Of a stretch of 64,000 bases of DNA, positions 9,695 to 18,834 are shown piece after piece; position 1 is the stretch's first letter, and the number at the start of each line of letters is the position of its first letter. Source of the DNA: Candidatus Heimdallarchaeum aukensis (GTDB lineage Archaea > Asgardarchaeota > Heimdallarchaeia > Heimdallarchaeales > Heimdallarchaeaceae); the NCBI GenBank assembly GCA_021513695.1, contig CP084166.1, forward strand, positions 1,568,001 through 1,632,000. The letters are read 5' to 3'. A model generated the notes under the pieces. That model made no database searches. It was not told the DNA's origin and saw only the letters and a program-made list of their open reading frames with translations. The position numbers and the translations under genes were made by a program.

Positions 9695-10271
9695 ACTAAC
9701 TTTTTCTTTTCTTTAGTAATAAGTTCAGTCTACGTAAAGGAGAAGAAAAATTATTCCATTTTTTAAAGAATATACTACTTTCACCTTTTTAATTCAGATT
9801 GTAACTATCTGAATAAGCAAATAAAACAACTCCAATTGTGTTTCTAATAATTCTTCACATCTCTTTAGGTGCTTTAACACCAGTATGTCAGACATAAAAT
9901 AGGTAACAATTACAATGTCATCAATTATTAATACAGAATGGTATTTGTTATATTTCGAATTTTGCATATTAAAAAGGATTAAGTACGAAAAAATACATTT
10001 ACAAAAGACCTAATATTGACAAATGTTTTAATTGTGAAATACTGGATAACTAAAGAAAAAATCATAGAAAAACAAGAACATAATGAACTTAGTTACAAAT
10101 ATTTTTTTTATTGTAGATAACATTAGTAACGATCTAGTTACTACACAACTGGTATTTCAATGTGAGAAAAAAGTGAAAAGTATCTTTGTTTCTGTTATTT
10201 CAATTATTGAATTTGTTATCTTCATTAAACTAACTTGTAAAAAGCTCGAATATTAGAAAAAACAATTTAGT

Positions 10272-11138
10272 TTACACAAAAACTGATCGTAATTTGTAAA
10301 CTATACTAGAAAATGAAAGAACTTTTTTTCTACGAAGAATAGCTTCTCTTGTAAAAAGATCTACATAAGCAAAAAAACCATTTACTAAAGGACCAGGATT
10401 AATAAGCATAATATTTTTTTCAGTTTGAATAGCTTGTATTTCATGAATGTGCCCACAAAAAACAAAATCAAACAATAATGATTCAAAAATAAAAGAGGTG
10501 ATTTCTTGATTTCCTGCGTGATAGTTTCTTGAAGGAATTAGATCAATATGTGTATTCTTGGGGGGTTCATGGAAAAGACCAATAAATAGTTTATTTTCAT
10601 TCTTCTTTTTAAGAAGAAGAGCTTGTTCTTTTAGTTTAAGTAAATCTTTTCTTATAATGCTTATGTCTCTATTTGTAGGTGTTTGAACAGATGAGTATTC
10701 AGCTTTTTGGCAATACCCATACCCTAAAACAATAAATTTGTCATGCTCAACAATGCTTGATTCGATAAAAATTAAATTCGAATTTTGTTCTGTTTGTTTT
10801 TTAATATATGTAATTACTTCAGGAATATCTGTATTTCCGTGTGTAAAGAACACAGGTTTATTTAATCCACGCAGAAAATTCAGAATTTTCTTGGTTGTTT
10901 GTAATTGAAAATCAACAAATTCCTTATATTTTTCTCCAAATACAAGTTCCATGTATTTTTTTCTACTAATTCTTTTATATTTGATAATTGATTGAAAAAT
11001 AAGAGGTATACAAATAGTTCCTGCTATGTCTCCAGCAATAAAAATCACATCAACCTCTTCTAGTTCCTTTCTTAATCGTCTTAATAACTTTAATGACCCA
11101 TGAATATCCGCTATAACGATAGCTTTCAACTTACTCAC
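10272..11138 (-). CDS. Calcineurin-like metallophosphoesterase
   Basis: Metallophosphoesterase motif series DIHGS, GDIAG, HGNTD and CGHIH. It overlaps the hutH 3' end by 8 nt, so it is probably co-transcribed. Confidence 0.7.
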   Translation of the reverse strand: MSKLKAIVIADIHGSLKLLRRLRKELEEVDVIFIAGDIAGTICIPLIFQSIIKYKRISRKKYMELVFGEKYKEFVDFQLQTTKKILNFLRGLNKPVFFTHGNTDIPEVITYIKKQTEQNSNLIFIESSIVEHDKFIVLGYGYCQKAEYSSVQTPTNRDISIIRKDLLKLKEQALLLKKKNENKLFIGLFHEPPKNTHIDLIPSRNYHAGNQEITSFIFESLLFDFVFCGHIHEIQAIQTEKNIMLINPGPLVNGFFAYVDLFTREAILRRKKVLSFSSIVYKLRSVFV

Positions 11139-12663
11139 CAGAAATTGAGAGTAATTCTTCTTCTGTAAATTTTAGTAGGCCCCCTGTCTTTACTTGTTCA
11201 ATAACCCAATATACATCCTCATCATATCGTCTATCATTAGCAATAGGCGGTATTTTTTTTCTGATGTGATTATAGATTTTCATGTTCACTGGTGAGAGTT
11301 TTCTCTCTCCTCGAAATTCCAAAGCTTGACATGCAGTAAAAATTTCTATCGCAATCATTTGTGAGACTATATCTCTTATTTTGTAAACTTTTTTACTAGA
11401 AGTTAACCCCATACTTACATGGTCTTCTTGATCAGCTGAAACAGGTGTATTATCTATCGATGCAGGAGTGCTTAAAATTTTATTTTCTGCTGATAAAGCA
11501 GCGTCAGCATATTGAAGAATCATCAATCCAGAATTTAATCCTGGTTTCCCTGTTAAAAAGGCTGGAAGACCAGAAAGCGCGGTATTTAATAATTGATTAA
11601 CTCTTCTTTCAGATATTGTTCCTAATTCGGTTAAAGCAATAGAAAGAAAATCCATGACTAAAGAAATTGGTTCTCCATGAAAATTTCCACCAGAGAAAGC
11701 ATGGTTATGGTTTACTGAAATTAAAGGATTGTCAGTAGCAGAATTCATTTCTACTTCTACTACACTCTTTACATATCTAATAGTATCGAGAACTGCCCCA
11801 TGAACTTGAGGAGAACAACGTATAGAATAGGGATCTTGTACTCTCGGAGCTTTAATGTGTTCAATATCACTTCCTTTTATAAGTTTTAACACTGTATCAG
11901 CAAAGTCAGATTGCCCCTTATGTTTTCTATTTTGCATGATGAAAGGAGAAAAAGCATCAGTATTTCCATGAAGTGCTTCTAAAACTAAAGCAACCGCTAT
12001 AGCTGAATGTTTCAAAATATTTAAAGAATCATAAATCGTATGAGCTGCAAAAGAAGTAAGAACATGAGTACCATTAACTAAGGAAAGACCTTCTTTTGAT
12101 ACAGGTGAGATAGGTTCTAGCCCCAACTTTGCTAGAATTTCTTTGCCTGTTAAAATTTGATCATTGTATTTTACTTTTCCTTCTCCTATTAACACACTAG
12201 CAATATAGGATAAAGGAGCGAGATCACCACTTGCGCCTAAAGAACCAATGCTAGGAACCAGAGGAATAACGTTATTATTTACTAAATCCACATAAAGCTC
12301 GACAGTGGATAAACGTATTCCACTGCTACCTTTACAATAAGAATTAATCGCAATAACCATAGCTCCTTTAACTATTTCATCAGGAAGAAACTCACCAAAA
12401 CTTATGCTATGAGAACGAATAATATTTTCTTGTAACTGTGATTGCTCATTAATTGAAATAAGTACATTTGCTAGTTTTCCAAAACCTGTTGAGACACCGT
12501 AGATGGGATCGTTTTCGGCGATTAAATTTTCAATTGCATTACGTGATTCTCTTATTCTTTCTTTACTGTCATCACTTAGTCGGATTTTATATCCTTGTCT
12601 TGTTATTTTGATTAAATCGTTTATATTTAGAGAGTTTCCATTAAGGACAATAAAATTGCTCAT
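11131..12663 (-). CDS. hutH: Histidine ammonia-lyase
   Basis: 510 aa with the MIO-forming Ala-Ser-Gly signature in GSLGASGDLAPLSYIA. Aromatic ammonia-lyase family motifs are present throughout. Confidence 0.93.
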   Translation of the reverse strand: MSNFIVLNGNSLNINDLIKITRQGYKIRLSDDSKERIRESRNAIENLIAENDPIYGVSTGFGKLANVLISINEQSQLQENIIRSHSISFGEFLPDEIVKGAMVIAINSYCKGSSGIRLSTVELYVDLVNNNVIPLVPSIGSLGASGDLAPLSYIASVLIGEGKVKYNDQILTGKEILAKLGLEPISPVSKEGLSLVNGTHVLTSFAAHTIYDSLNILKHSAIAVALVLEALHGNTDAFSPFIMQNRKHKGQSDFADTVLKLIKGSDIEHIKAPRVQDPYSIRCSPQVHGAVLDTIRYVKSVVEVEMNSATDNPLISVNHNHAFSGGNFHGEPISLVMDFLSIALTELGTISERRVNQLLNTALSGLPAFLTGKPGLNSGLMILQYADAALSAENKILSTPASIDNTPVSADQEDHVSMGLTSSKKVYKIRDIVSQMIAIEIFTACQALEFRGERKLSPVNMKIYNHIRKKIPPIANDRRYDEDVYWVIEQVKTGGLLKFTEEELLSISGE

Positions 12664-12753
12664 GGTAATTACTTTATCAAAATAAATTTAAGAATTTGGA
12701 TAGACGGATGAAATTTAAGCAAAGAAAAATTGTACGATAATCGAAGGTTCTGT

Positions 12754-12782
12754 AAAAATAAAAAATAGGGTATTACACCCTA
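12754..12782 (-). terminator. Hairpin (TAGGGT-attac-ACCCTA) followed on the minus strand by a T-run; candidate terminator
   Basis: A 6-bp perfect stem at 12766-12771 / 12777-12782. The minus-strand reading continues into TTTTTTATTTTT (plus 12754-12765). It lies downstream of the DUF1295 gene and GC island and upstream of the hutH promoter region. Confidence 0.3.
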
Positions 12783-13020
12783 CTTCTTTCTAACTGGTAG
12801 AGGAACTAATGAAGAAACTCTATGCTTATAATCTTTATATGCGCTGTATTTAGAAAGCAGTCTATTCTCCATAAGATACTTTTTTACGTAAAAAACTAAA
12901 TTTTTAGTTTGTGGAGTTATTAGACTAATAACAACCAGAAACACATTTGCATTAATAAAGAATATACAATATTATGGGTGTCACAACTTTTCCGCTGTCT
13001 TTATATATTCAATTATCATT

Positions 13021-13237
13021 TATCTAGTGTCTTGAGCTAGATGCTTAAAGACGTAGGTTTCATTCCTACGACACCCGGTCTTCCCTGTGGGAGTGATGAG
13101 TGCCCGGGATCAGGAGATGAACCCCTTAGAGAACTCACTTAAGACTGTGTCTTTCATGTTCTCTTAACCCAGTCTTCACAACTTTCGCTATGTTTGTTGA
13201 CTGGTTGGGTAGAGTCCTGAAGAAATTACGTAAAATT
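13021..13237. ncRNA. Candidate structured non-coding RNA of unknown class (GC-rich island)
   Basis: No ORF. Local GC is well above background (I counted 39 G+C in the 68 nt from 13071). Several perfect stems: CGTAGG/CCTACG (13052-57/13065-70), CCCGG/CCGGG (13074-78/13104-08) enclosing TCCC/GGGA (13082-85/13089-92), AGAGAAC/GTTCTCT (13128-34/13158-64), and CCAGTC/GACTGG (13169-74/13199-204). Strand and class are undetermined. Confidence 0.25.
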
Positions 13238-14049
13238 TCAACTCATAAGAGGGATGCTAATAAATATAAACAGCAGCGAAATAGAGATTGGCCCAATAAT
13301 CATCCACCAATTGCTTAAAGAAGAACCAAGTGCGAAGAAATATAATCCCCACCAGAAGGATATTTCTCCAAAATAGTTAGGATGGCGAGAATACTTCCAA
13401 AGTCCGATATAATTATTTCTCCTTCTCTTCTTCTTTTAGCAAAAACTCTTCGTTGTTCATCAGAGATTGCTTCAATCGCAATTGCAGCTATTGTGATAAC
13501 TATGCCTATGATATCTAGATAATTAAATTGTTCATTTTTAACGTTCACGGAAGGATAAATCGATAAACAACCTAGAAAAACTAGGACAGTGGGAAGCATC
13601 TGTAATCCTGAAAGATTAATCAATTCAAAAATAAACCTCGAGTGTTTTTTTCGATACAAAGTATATCTCCAATCTTCATCAGTTAAACCTTTCCATCCTC
13701 TTAACCAATTAACTGTTAATCTAATTCCCCAAATAGAAACAAGGATAGCAACAATTAACGGTTTTAAATAGATATCATTCGAGTTATTAATAAATAGCCA
13801 ATAAAAAGCGATAAATATAGGAATAACACTCCAGTAAGGGTCGTATACACTTGTATTTGCAAAGAGAACACTGAACAAGTAGACAATTATAGTAGCCAAT
13901 ACATCAGCAATAAAAGTTCTCCAAATAATGGAGATTGACCAATTAACATAATGAAGAAAACTCCAACCAGCAAAAATTGCTATGGCATAGACTAAAAAAA
14001 CACTCAATAATGAGGTCCAGTATTTAGTTTTAATAACCTTCAAACTCAT
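13238..14049 (-). pseudogene. DUF1295 / steroid-5-alpha-reductase-like membrane protein, interrupted by a 1-nt frameshift near 13405
   Basis: The track ORF (13315-14049) ends in an unrelated tail. Shifting frame at about 13405-13407 gives GLWKYSRHPNYFGEISFWWGLYFFALGSSLSNWWMIIGPISISLLFIFISIPLMS*, with its stop at 13238-13240. That tail contains the family signature RHPNYFGE. Confidence 0.7.
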
Positions 14050-14218
14050 AAATGGAAGAGATTTAAGGCAGTTTATAAAGATTTATTCAAAAATTTTGTA
14101 AATGGAAGTAAAAAAGAATAATGGTTAAAGTATTGGAAAATTCTATTTATCGGGATTAGAAATCAAAACAAGTTTTTTACAAAAAAAATAAATTAAAGTA
14201 CATAAAAGTTAAACTGAA

Positions 14219-15490
14219 ATGTTCCATGAAGAAAAAGAAGGAATTATTATTGCAAATATAGCTGAGCTTTTTTTAGGCGAAGTAAAAAAATATGAACCAT
14301 CTTATCCCAACGAGAAACCTGACGCTCTCGTTATAAAAAATGGAAAGATAGAAGCTATTGGTGAAACTGGGAGAATACTAGCTGACTACAATAGAACAGA
14401 TTATGAATATATTAATTGCAATAATGAACAGAGTGTTTGCCCAGGTTTTGTAGATTCCCACACACATCTTGTATTTGCTGGAAATAGATCCCATGAGCTA
14501 GAAATGAAAATTCAAGGAATAAGTTATAGTGAGATAGCTGCGAAAGGAGGAGGAATAAATTATACAGTTAGAGAGACTAGAAATGCATTAAAAAAAGAGT
14601 TGAAAGAAGCTGCATTAAAGGTATTAAATAAAATGTTATTACACGGAACAACAACTATTGAAGCAAAATCAGGATATGGATTAAACCACGAAAGTGAACT
14701 AAAAATATTGGAAGTAATTAATGAATTAAATGAAGAACATCCGATTGAGATAGTTCCAACATTTTTAGGCTGCCATATCAAACCTGAGGACTTCATGGGT
14801 AACACATATGAATACATCGAAACAATGATGTATTTGCTCCCTGAGATAAAGAGAAGAAATTTAGCTGAATATGTAGATATATGGACTGATTTAGGAGCAT
14901 TTACAGTAGAAGAATCAGAATTTTTCCTTAAAGAAGCAATAAAGCAGGGATTCAAAATAAGAGTTCATGCTGACGAAATGGACAATGTTGGAGCAGGAAT
15001 CATGGCTGCAAATCTGGGAGCAGTATCAGCAGATCATTTACTAAAATCGGAAGCTATAACTGCAGAAGCAATGGCAGAGAAAGAAGTTGTAGCAAATTTA
15101 TTACCAGGAACACCATTTGTTTTGATGAGTAAAAAATATGCTAATTATAGAATGTTTAGAGATGCAAATTGTACAGTTGCATTGAGCACCGATTTCAATC
15201 CCAATTGTTATATTCTAAACATGCAAACTATCCTAACACTGGGAACATATATGATGAAGATGACACCAAAAGAAGCTCTGAAAGCAGGAACATTTGGTGG
15301 AGCAAAAGCACTTAATAGAGAAAAAAGGATTGGATCTTTAGATCTAGGAATGCAAGCAGATGTCCTAATCTTAGACGTACCCTCAATAGACGATTTAGTT
15401 TATCAATTTGGAACAAATAATGTTTCAACAGTAATAAAGGAAGGAAAAATACTAGTAAAAGATAGAGAGATAGTTACAGAAACAAAATAA
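14219..15490 (+). CDS. hutI: Imidazolonepropionase
   Basis: 423 aa amidohydrolase fold. Metal-binding GFVDSHTHLVFAG, with later HADE and DH motifs. The overall pattern is typical of HutI. Confidence 0.88.
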   Translation: MFHEEKEGIIIANIAELFLGEVKKYEPSYPNEKPDALVIKNGKIEAIGETGRILADYNRTDYEYINCNNEQSVCPGFVDSHTHLVFAGNRSHELEMKIQGISYSEIAAKGGGINYTVRETRNALKKELKEAALKVLNKMLLHGTTTIEAKSGYGLNHESELKILEVINELNEEHPIEIVPTFLGCHIKPEDFMGNTYEYIETMMYLLPEIKRRNLAEYVDIWTDLGAFTVEESEFFLKEAIKQGFKIRVHADEMDNVGAGIMAANLGAVSADHLLKSEAITAEAMAEKEVVANLLPGTPFVLMSKKYANYRMFRDANCTVALSTDFNPNCYILNMQTILTLGTYMMKMTPKEALKAGTFGGAKALNREKRIGSLDLGMQADVLILDVPSIDDLVYQFGTNNVSTVIKEGKILVKDREIVTETK

Positions 15491-15520
15491 GAAAAAAAGT
15501 GCTGTAAACCTTAATTTGAT

Positions 15521-15542
15521 ATGTCGAGAAAAAACTCGACAT
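15521..15542 (+). terminator. Perfect 8-bp hairpin (ATGTCGAG-aaaaaa-CTCGACAT) about 30 nt after the hutI stop
   Basis: 15521-15528 is the reverse complement of 15535-15542. A T-rich sequence (gttttatt) follows shortly after. Confidence 0.35.
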
Positions 15543-15820
15543 CAACTTTCAATTGTCGAAGTTTTATTAGACACTAACAAAAGTAGAATACACAAGAGTT
15601 CTTAAACGAATATATTACAGATAGCCATTTTTCTCCCAGAATTTTTACAAAATTAAGTAAAGTTGACTGACCGTTAATTTTATATATCAGTCTAAGTCGA
15701 ATTTTTACGGAAATTGTTTCTCGTGTAATAAAAAACAAAGAAAAAAATACAATTAAAGCAATTATCAAGTAAGAAATTCTAAAAAATAATAAATTATAAC
15801 ACAGAGAAATAAAAAACTAA

Positions 15821-15826
15821 AGGTGA
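15821..15826 (+). promoter_or_regulatory. Shine-Dalgarno-like AGGTGA upstream of the thermosome gene
   Basis: AGGTGA lies 8 nt before the ATG at 15834. The same motif recurs before the actin gene (44855-44860), and GAGGTG before the second ESCRT-III gene (19457-19462). Confidence 0.5.
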
Positions 15827-15833
15827 AAAAAAA

Positions 15834-17498
15834 ATGTATGGGCAAGGCCAAGTACCAGTGATAGTCCTAAAAGAAGGAACAGAAAGGACAAAAGGAAAAG
15901 ATGCACAGAGAAATAACATAATGGCAGCACAAGTAGTAGCTGAAACAATTAAGACCACCCTAGGTCCAAAGGGTATGGATAAAATGCTCGTTGACGGGCT
16001 AGGAGATATTTTGATATCTAATGATGGTAAAACAATTCTTGACGAAATTGACGTCAAGCATCCTGCAGCAAAGATGATGGTTGAAGTAGCAAAAGCTCAA
16101 GACCAAGAAACAGGAGATGGTACCACTTCAAGTGTTACCCTTGCTGGAGAATTGCTAAAAAACGCTACTGATCTTTTAGACAAACAGATTCATCCTTCAA
16201 TAATTGTTGAAGGCTATAAAGCAGCTGCTGAAAAAGCTGAAGAGATCTTACAAGAATTAGCCAAGCAATTTGATCCTTTTGGCGATGAACAAATTCTGTT
16301 CAAGATTGCTAATACTTCATTAAACAGCAAATCTGTATCTGGCGCTAAAGAGCACATTGCTCAACTAGCAATTAACGCTGTAAAGAAGGTTGCAGATGAA
16401 GATAATGGCAATCATATCGTTGATCTTGATAACATTAAGATTTTACAAAAATCAGGTAAGAGTTTAGCCGAGTCTGAACTTATTGAAGGAGTAATTATTG
16501 ATAAAGAAGTTGTTCACCCTGGTATGCCAAAGCAAGTTAAAGAGGCAAAGATTCTTCTACTCAATCAAAACATTGAGATCGAAAAAGGAGAATTTGACAA
16601 AGAAATTAGAATTAGCGACCCTCTACAGATGCAAAGTTTCTTAGAAAATGAAGAAGCTATGTTAAGAGAGATGGTTGAGCAGATAGCTACTACAGGAGCC
16701 AATGTTTTAATCTGTCAGAAAGGAATCGATGACATGGCCCAATATTTCCTTGCAAAGAAGGGTATTATGGCTGTTCGTCGCGTTAAAAAATCTGACATGG
16801 AGAAACTTTCACGTGCTACAGGAGGAAAAGTAATTAGTAATTACAAAGACGCTAAAGCTGAGGATCTTGGCTATGCTGGACTAGTTGAAGAAGTCAAAAT
16901 TGGTGATGATGATCACGTTTTTGTTCGTGAATGTAAGAATCCTAAAAGCGTTTCTATTATTCTCCGTGGAGCTACAAAATACGTTACTGATGAAGCTGAA
17001 CGTGCTCTTCATGATGCTCTATGTGTAGCTCGTAATGCTGTTGAAGACAAAACCTATTTACCTGGTGGAGGAGCTACTTATCTTGAGCTTGCTAAACAGC
17101 TAAATGTTTTCGCTGAAGAGTTCAAAGACAAACGTCAAATGGCAGTTAAGGCTTTTGCTCAAGCTCTTGAGGTTATTCCTACCACTTTAATTGAAAATGC
17201 AGGTTTAGATCCTATTTCAATCATGAACGAATTAAAAGCTGCACATGCTTCTGAAAACGGTGTTTCTATGGGTCTAAATCTTTTTAAGAATGGTCAAGTT
17301 CTTGACATGTTTGCTGAAGGAATAATTGAACCTCTTCGAGTAGTTAGTCAAGCTGTTAAGTCAGCTTCTGAATCAGCTATAATGATTCTAAGAATCGATG
17401 ATGTAATTGTCGCTAAGGCTTCCTCTCCACAAGGTCCACCTGGCGGTGGTGGAATGGGCGGCATGGGCGGCATGGGCGGCATGCCTGGTATGATGTAA
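15834..17498 (+). CDS. ths: Thermosome subunit (group II chaperonin)
   Basis: 554 aa. Motifs: [11 protein letters not shown], the [11 protein letters not shown]-binding motif, and VPGGGA-type [10 protein letters not shown]. The C-terminal tail is [18 protein letters not shown]. Confidence 0.95.
   Translation: MYGQGQVPVIVLKEGTERTKGKDAQRNNIMAAQVVAETIKTTLGPKGMDKMLVDGLGDILISNDGKTILDEIDVKHPAAKMMVEVAKAQDQETGDGTTSSVTLAGELLKNATDLLDKQIHPSIIVEGYKAAAEKAEEILQELAKQFDPFGDEQILFKIANTSLNSKSVSGAKEHIAQLAINAVKKVADEDNGNHIVDLDNIKILQKSGKSLAESELIEGVIIDKEVVHPGMPKQVKEAKILLLNQNIEIEKGEFDKEIRISDPLQMQSFLENEEAMLREMVEQIATTGANVLICQKGIDDMAQYFLAKKGIMAVRRVKKSDMEKLSRATGGKVISNYKDAKAEDLGYAGLVEEVKIGDDDHVFVRECKNPKSVSIILRGATKYVTDEAERALHDALCVARNAVEDKTYLPGGGATYLELAKQLNVFAEEFKDKRQMAVKAFAQALEVIPTTLIENAGLDPISIMNELKAAHASENGVSMGLNLFKNGQVLDMFAEGIIEPLRVVSQAVKSASESAIMILRIDDVIVAKASSPQGPPGGGGMGGMGGMGGMPGMM
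17454..17480 (+). repeat. Tandem 9-bp repeat (ATGGGCGGC x3) encoding the chaperonin Gly-Gly-Met tail
   Basis: Three exact consecutive ATGGGCGGC units, flanked by degenerate copies, inside the thermosome 3' end. Confidence 0.9.
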
Positions 17499-17522
17499 TT
17501 TTTTTCTTATCAATTTTTTTTA
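17499..17522 (+). terminator. Oligo-T tracts directly after the thermosome stop codon
   Basis: A T7 run at 17499-17505 and a T8 run at about 17514-17521. Archaeal termination typically occurs at oligo-T. Confidence 0.5.
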
Positions 17523-17577
17523 TTAACTTTGATTTTTCATTTTCTTACTTTGTTTATTCTTTGGGAAAATACTTTTA

Positions 17578-17904
17578 TTGTTCCTCTCTCACAATGTAGA
17601 TATGACCAAGCAAAATAAATCAAAATTTGATCGCATTACTTGGATTGTCACAGAGTTGATTATTGGCTTTGCTGCCGCAGGTTATGGAGTTTATGGTTTA
17701 TTTAAAGGTTTACCAGAACAAAAGATTGTCCACATAATTATTGCTTCTATTGGTGGGGTTCTATTATTACTTGCTTTTAGTCAGATTCTTATATTAAGAG
17801 GTAAAAAGAAAAGAACTAAAGAAATCAAGCATTGCCCCAAATGTGGAGCTGAAGTCCAAAAAGGAGATGAACACTGCAGAAAATGTGGAGAAAAATTAAA
17901 ATAA
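17578..17904 (+). CDS. Small membrane protein with C-terminal zinc ribbon
   Basis: Two TM helices, then CPKCGAEVQKGDEHCRKCGEKL (CxxC-N9-CxxC). The likely true start is the ATG at 17602 (MTKQNKS...). Confidence 0.5.
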   Translation: MFLSHNVDMTKQNKSKFDRITWIVTELIIGFAAAGYGVYGLFKGLPEQKIVHIIIASIGGVLLLLAFSQILILRGKKKRTKEIKHCPKCGAEVQKGDEHCRKCGEKLK

Positions 17905-17922
17905 TAATTATTTGCTCTTTTC

Positions 17923-18309
17923 TTATTTCCAAACTTTTAGAAACTCTGGCATTTCTTCGAAGTTTACAATTGGTATTGATACGGGCCATCTAGCATCACT
18001 TACTTCATCAGCGAATTCGAACTCTTCCTTTGGACTTGTTCTATATCTTATAAATGATCCTGCAGGAGGTTCATCATTTTCTATCCAGACCACTATTGGA
18101 AGAGCTCTTAAGTTATAGTATCCTAAGCTAGTGTTGAACATGAAAAAAATATTCCTATTCGCTTCTTTTTCATAAAAATATCCAATATAACCAGTCACTC
18201 TATCTGATAAAGTTGAAGCAATGAGTTTTATTATATCTGATAATCCCTTAAGTTTTATTGACGCAGCTTTTTTTATATTATCTACTATTTCATCCATATT
18301 AACCACCAA
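17923..18309 (-). CDS. Hypothetical protein (128 aa) immediately downstream of atpK
   Basis: Clean ORF 19 nt after the atpK stop on the same strand. No motif recognised. Confidence 0.45.
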   Translation of the reverse strand: MVVNMDEIVDNIKKAASIKLKGLSDIIKLIASTLSDRVTGYIGYFYEKEANRNIFFMFNTSLGYYNLRALPIVVWIENDEPPAGSFIRYRTSPKEEFEFADEVSDARWPVSIPIVNFEEMPEFLKVWK

Positions 18310-18328
18310 AAATAAAAAAATAAGAAGT

Positions 18329-18634
18329 TTAGAAGATTAATAGAATAGCTACAAGTAGACCATAAATTGCTACTGCTTCAATAAGCACGATGAACAAGAA
18401 GATTTTACCAAAAATCTCTGGTTTTTCAACTAATGCGCCTATACCAGCCGAACCAGCTGAACCCATTCCGAGTGCACTACCGATTCCTGCTAGACCTATT
18501 GCTAGAGCAGCGCCTATAGGTCTCATATCTCCTTCTTCACCTAGAGGAATTTCTGCAGCGAATGTACCTTTTGCGGTTATAATGATAAGCGCAACAATTG
18601 CTAGTAGTCCAATAATCAGATCATTTTTTTTCAT
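18329..18634 (-). CDS. atpK: A/V-type ATPase proteolipid subunit K (c subunit)
   Basis: Gly-rich helix GAALAIGLAGIGSALGMGSAGSAGIG and a second helix with the conserved carboxylate (FIVLIEAVAIYGLL). The track ORF extends to 18730, but the Met at 18634 (MKKNDLIIG...) is the plausible start. Confidence 0.8.
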   Translation of the reverse strand: MKKNDLIIGLLAIVALIIITAKGTFAAEIPLGEEGDMRPIGAALAIGLAGIGSALGMGSAGSAGIGALVEKPEIFGKIFLFIVLIEAVAIYGLLVAILLIF

Positions 18635-18834
18635 AATACGTCCCTTTTTCACGTGTTTAAAATTACAAATCATCGTTTCTTTATTAGTTTTTTGTATTGG
18701 ATACTTTTTAATATTGAATACTTTTTTCAATAAAAAAGTTTTAAGAATAACATATTTTATATTTCATGTATAAGTAAGAAAGCAAACCTATAATAAATGG
18801 GAAAACTTTATGATTATTAAGAAAAGATTCTATC

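Noticed and set aside
9695-10271. A 577-nt ORF-free convergent intergenic region, examined for RNA genes or repeats.
   Set aside because: GC is at or below background. It contains only short AT-rich inverted repeats (for example AGTAAC-N6-GTTACT) and a 32-codon ORF. Nothing distinguishes it from ordinary spacer DNA.
13052-13070. A hairpin CGTAGG-TTTCATT-CCTACG that looks like a 6-bp anticodon stem with a 7-nt loop and anticodon UCA (tRNA-Sec-like). Lokiarchaeia are reported to use selenocysteine.
   Set aside because: The flanking sequence gives no acceptor stem, no proper D-arm spacing (5 nt instead of 1 before the stem) and no T-arm with GTTCRA. Position 37 would be a pyrimidine. It is not a tRNA as far as I can fold it by eye.
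13029-13145. A 117-nt unit closed by GTCTTGAG/CTTAAGAC and containing ACACCCGGTC, reminiscent of 5S rRNA in size and of a conserved 5S segment.
   Set aside because: The order and sizes of the internal arms do not match the 5S helix II/III and IV/V layout. The loop after CCCGG is not the conserved CAUUCCGAAC type. The closing helix also competes with another stem.
13093-13220. GUGAUGA (a C-box consensus) at 13093-13099, as a possible C/D-box sRNA.
   Set aside because: The nearest CUGA is at 13217-13220, about 120 nt away, with no C'/D' pair at sRNA spacing. Archaeal C/D sRNAs are about 50-70 nt.
17445-17495. Short tandem repeats (ATGGGCGGC units) considered as a possible CRISPR or minisatellite.
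   Set aside because: The units are 9 bp and have no spacers. They lie in frame inside the thermosome gene, encoding the well-known GGM tail. No CRISPR-like repeat-spacer array was seen anywhere in the window.
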